A DNA stretch of 64,000 nt from Vicugna vicugna. Its lineage: Eukaryota. A program made the translations under genes and the position numbers. Shown here piece by piece: positions 60,347 through 64,000 of this stretch. The stretch's first letter is position 1; each line of letters opens with the position of its first letter. The DNA lies in NCBI GenBank assembly GCA_013265495.1, contig MU058584.1:4408508-4472507 (forward strand), written 5' to 3'. Under the pieces are notes generated by a model. It was not told the origin of the DNA, ran no database searches, and saw only the letters and a program-made list of their open reading frames with translations.

Positions 60347-62971
60347 CCCAAAATGGTTGTACCAACTTACACCCCACAAGCAAAAATGAGAGGCAGAAAC
60401 TTCATATCCCACCTAAGACTTGCTATTGTCAGTCTTCTAAAATTTTGGCCATGTAGGTAGGTGAGTGGTAATACAGGTAGTTTTGTTTCCTTGGTGGTAT
60501 TAAAGAACTTAAGCACTTTTCATATGTTAATTGGCCATTTGGATGCAATGCAAATCTTAAGGTATGTAAACAGTGTTCAAATCTGATCCAGAGTGTTGGG
60601 TTTAGCTCTGCCCACTTCATTTGAACTGAAATGTGAAGGTTGTGGAGTAACTAGAAAACATAGGTCCCCGTTCAAAGTCTAATTTTGATCCCTGCATTTA
60701 AAAGAATTCCCCTACTTTCTGCTTCAGGTAGGGATTTAGTTTAGCTAAGAAAGAAGAAAGTTCACAGAAGGGTTGAAGAGGGAAAGGAAAGTTTCTTTTT
60801 TTTTTTCTTCAGTGGAGGGAGCTAGTTAATCAAATAGGCGAGCTTAAATAATGTGATTTCTGTAGGAATGGGTGCTCTGAAGAGGCTTCCACAGATGTGC
60901 TGGGCGGCTGTGAACAGAGACAGGACTTGAGCAGAGGTGAGCAGGGGGTGGCTCTATATCTCCCTCTCCTGGCCCTGTTCATTGACTATCTTAACTTTTT
61001 TCTCCTTGGTTACTGCTTATAACACTGTCAGATTTAGCAAATAAAAATATAGGGCATCTAGTTTAATCTGAATTTTAAATAAACAGTGAATACTTTTTTA
61101 GTTTAAATATATTCCAAATATTGCATTTTATCATTTACCAGTCCTTTCAGTCTTGACAGGACCATACCCTCCTCATGTGCACAGGACAGACTGTTTTGCT
61201 TTGGTTTTAACACTGTGGGAAATGGGTTAGATTTATTTATTTTTTTCCTCCAAAAGGATCAAGTAGGATCGACAGCTGGCAATCACCGGGAGGCAAACTC
61301 AAACAATGTGAGGATGAGCATTCCCTAGGAATTAGGAAACCCTAAAACGTCTTAGGAAGGACTGGCTTTCCTTATGAGAGGTTGTTATGTCTATTGGCTC
61401 TGTCAGGTTGCAGAGGTGATTCCTGTCTTTAGTGGAAAGATGGCTTCGACGACTGCTAAGATTCCATTGTTTTAAATAAGGTGATTTGAAGATTTGGACA
61501 GATTTTTCTAAGTTTATGATTACTAGGCAAGGAAAGTAGATGCATTTGGAGATTAAGATGACAAATGGAGAAGGGAAAGTAGAATAACAAAATTGTTCAT
61601 GGGCTGAAGAGGCAAAGGTATCTAAAATGAAAACCTGGTAGAGCTTTTCTCATGATGACCCATAAGAAGACAATCGAAATTTTCTGTTTGAAGACTTAGT
61701 GTTCTGCTTTAAGTTTTGCAGTGTCAGAAAATGGTTAGTGATATGGCACATCCCACACTGTAACTATAATTCATTAAGACTTTTTATGTGAAGCTTTTTA
61801 CAGGCTTGCTTAATTTAATCCTCAAAACAGCACTGTGGTGTGGGGTAGGCCTCATGCCCATTTTATAAATACAGAAACTGCAGCTTGGATGAATCTGCCT
61901 TAGGTTACCCAGATGGAAAGCCCAGGCCTCTGGAATTTGCAAAGTCCAAGTCCATGTTCTTTCTACTAGACCACGGTACATCCCATGTGTATATATTTTA
62001 TGACACTTGGGGGATGTTTATGACCTAGAGAAAATACATATTTAATTTCAGAGCACTTTCAATGCATATTGATGATAAAGCCTTATCAATTATTTGGCCA
62101 ATTCAATCACAGTCAAGAATAGAGCTTGTGGAGAGTGGGCACTGAGAGAGCATCTAGGGATGAGGATACGTGACAGAGTGAAAGAGCATGGCCCCAAAGA
62201 CAGACCAAGACAGACCTTCCTGAGTGAAGGAGAGTGTCTGGCTTTATTCTGCTTAAAGAAAACACCACCGTTGCCCTAAATGAAGACAAAACTAAAGATC
62301 AATTATATATATGATTGTTTCTCTAAATATCTTTTTAAGAAACCTCTAATACATTTCAGTTTTCATCCAATTTTTCACCAATATGTAAAATCAGGTTTTA
62401 CATATATCCAAAGGAGATACTCTGAACTTAAAGGGATGTTATCTGTCGGGAAAGCTTGTCAGACCACTCTAGCCAAGGCAATTTTTCCTCTGAGCCAGCA
62501 GGGCACTTAGTGTCTATAAACTTACATGCCTTATTATCTATTTAAAAATCCTTGATTATCTATTGATCTGTTCATATTACGTCTTCCTCTGAATTGTAAG
62601 CTCCTCTGTGTTAGAGTCACGTTCTACATATTTATCTTTGCTTTCTCCACGGCATTTTCCTGGAGCCCCATCCCATGGTAGGCATTTGCTATTTGATGAC
62701 TGATAAGGTTATCATCTGAGAAGTTGCAGAAGAGAAGTAAATAGACAGTAAGCTAGAAAAATAGGGCATCTAGGATAAATGTGATAACATCTAAGCCTTC
62801 AGGCTTCTAACCTTGCTTAAAGGACTGATATACTTAAGTTGAACCTCCATTCCCAGCCCAAGGCTTTCCCACTCCTCTCTAAGCTTCAACACCTGTCTTC
62901 TTCCCCAAGGGTTGCCCTAATCTTTAGCTCTGCAACCATTCTTCCTACTCAAGACTCCCACTGCCACATAC

Positions 62972-63130
62972 CTCCTTTCTCCAGGGTTGAGGAAGAGCGA
63001 GAGCCTAGATTAGGGACTAGCTCTTTCAGGAGCACAGAAAACAGGAAAGGGGACTGGGTGACATTATTCTGAAGACAGCAAAAGTGCCATGTCTGTCTAG
63101 AGCTGACACATAAAATGACAGTTTTATCTA
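62972..63130 (-). other. ADCY10: Candidate non-coding exon 1 of ADCY10 (5' end uncertain)
   Basis: Consensus donor GGAG|GTATGT at 62972/62971 in unique sequence just downstream of CCAAT and GC-like boxes. Exon 2 has an acceptor upstream of its ATG, so an upstream exon is needed. Confidence 0.6.
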
Positions 63131-63139
63131 AAAGCCGTT

Positions 63140-63230
63140 TTGCTGGCCACACCCTCATCAGAAGCTCATTGTTTCACGGGCACTGACTGCTTCTGATTGG
63201 CTGGCACTGCCCTCCCCTCCCCCACCAGCC
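63140..63230 (-). promoter_or_regulatory. Candidate ADCY10 proximal promoter
   Basis: Minus-strand CCAAT (AGCCAATCAG, core 63196-63200), GGTGGGGGAGGGGAGGG Sp/KLF-like tract (about 63210-63226) and CCACACCC box (63147-63154); no clear TATA. Confidence 0.5.
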
Positions 63231-64000
63231 AGTGGCCTATAGCTGGTACCCATACTGCTTCAGGTTCTCCTGACTGGATGTTTGGGGCAAAGGTCAGGGA
63301 GACTGAGTGATCCCAAAGTCATTTTCACAACTCTTCCCCTGACTAAGTGGAGGGTGGTTGAAATCAGGCAGTTGTTGGTAGGTGATTATTGTAAAAGCAA
63401 GTATCTCCTGAGTAAACACCCAGTTTTGGTCAATAATGATTGTGACTTTTACCAGGACAATGAAATTTACCAGTTATAATACGTATCTTCAGAGATTTCT
63501 GTGAGATTAATTTTTGACCCATCCTTTCCTACTGATCAGGTACGTACTTCTGATCAAATTCATCCCAAAGATGACTTGCAGTCCAATGTGGCACTGGATC
63601 TGTCTCTTCATCCAATGGACACCGGCAAAATGTGTTTTAAGAGGATGGCACATTTTCTAACAGCTTAAATCGAGTTTTGATTTTCTAGCTGTTCTTATGT
63701 ATATCACAATTACAATTAATATTTGGTGACACATTTGTAAAACCTGAATTTTAAAAAGCTGAGCTGAAAAAACAAGCATTCTCAAAGTCCAGCCCTATAA
63801 TTAAATTTGCTGTGTGTTTCAAAATGTTGTAAAACATAGTTGTCTTAAGGGAGGAAAAAAAAAGAGGCTCATTTAATTATGTTTGCTGAGTAAATTTTCT
63901 GGTGCAATGGAAACCAGTCTTAATATTATTAGAATCATAGTTCATATAATTAAACAGACCCCTTAGAGAGAAAGCCAGTCTTAATAAATACCAGTACTTT

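Larger units (their letters stand above)
59635..60545 (-). mobile_element. Old L1M fragment (antisense) containing a SINE and a microsatellite
   Basis: gggttgtttccagttttaggctattaggaataatgctgct...ggagtggaattgctgggtcatagg. Confidence 0.7.

Noticed and set aside
60171..60460. ORFs with DIDIDI/YIYIYI/LYLYLY repeats
   Set aside because: Translations of the (TATATC)n microsatellite inside an L1 relic
63230..64000. 3' end of a neighbouring gene (MPC2 is adjacent in human)
   Set aside because: No recognisable coding exon in this stretch; synteny alone is not evidence

Overview
Mammalian genomic DNA, most likely camelid: there are 13 copies of a tRNA-Ala-derived SINE resembling the camelid Vic-1 family. 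The window is almost entirely the ADCY10 gene (soluble, bicarbonate/Ca2+-regulated adenylyl cyclase, sAC) on the minus strand. I traced 29 consecutive coding exons by hand, from the ATG at 56437 to a partial exon cut by the window start. Exon numbers 2-30 follow the human gene as I recall it. All phases join into one open frame of 4219 nt within the window. Splice sites are canonical GT-AG except for one GC donor. The catalytic and bicarbonate-site residues (D47, K95, D99, R176, K334, N412, R416) and the P-loop (GLSGYGKS) are intact. A candidate non-coding exon 1 and promoter lies near 62972-63230. Introns hold SINEs, L1/L2/CR1/MIR relics, MaLR/ERVL LTRs, a young-looking solo LTR, DNA transposon relics, a tailless 5S rRNA retrocopy, a perfect 90-bp tandem duplication and a 314-N gap. 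I found no clearly new biological system. The best leads concern splicing and isoform control of ADCY10, plus possible decayed exons in intron 21. Repeat family names come from recalled consensus motifs, not from a database search.
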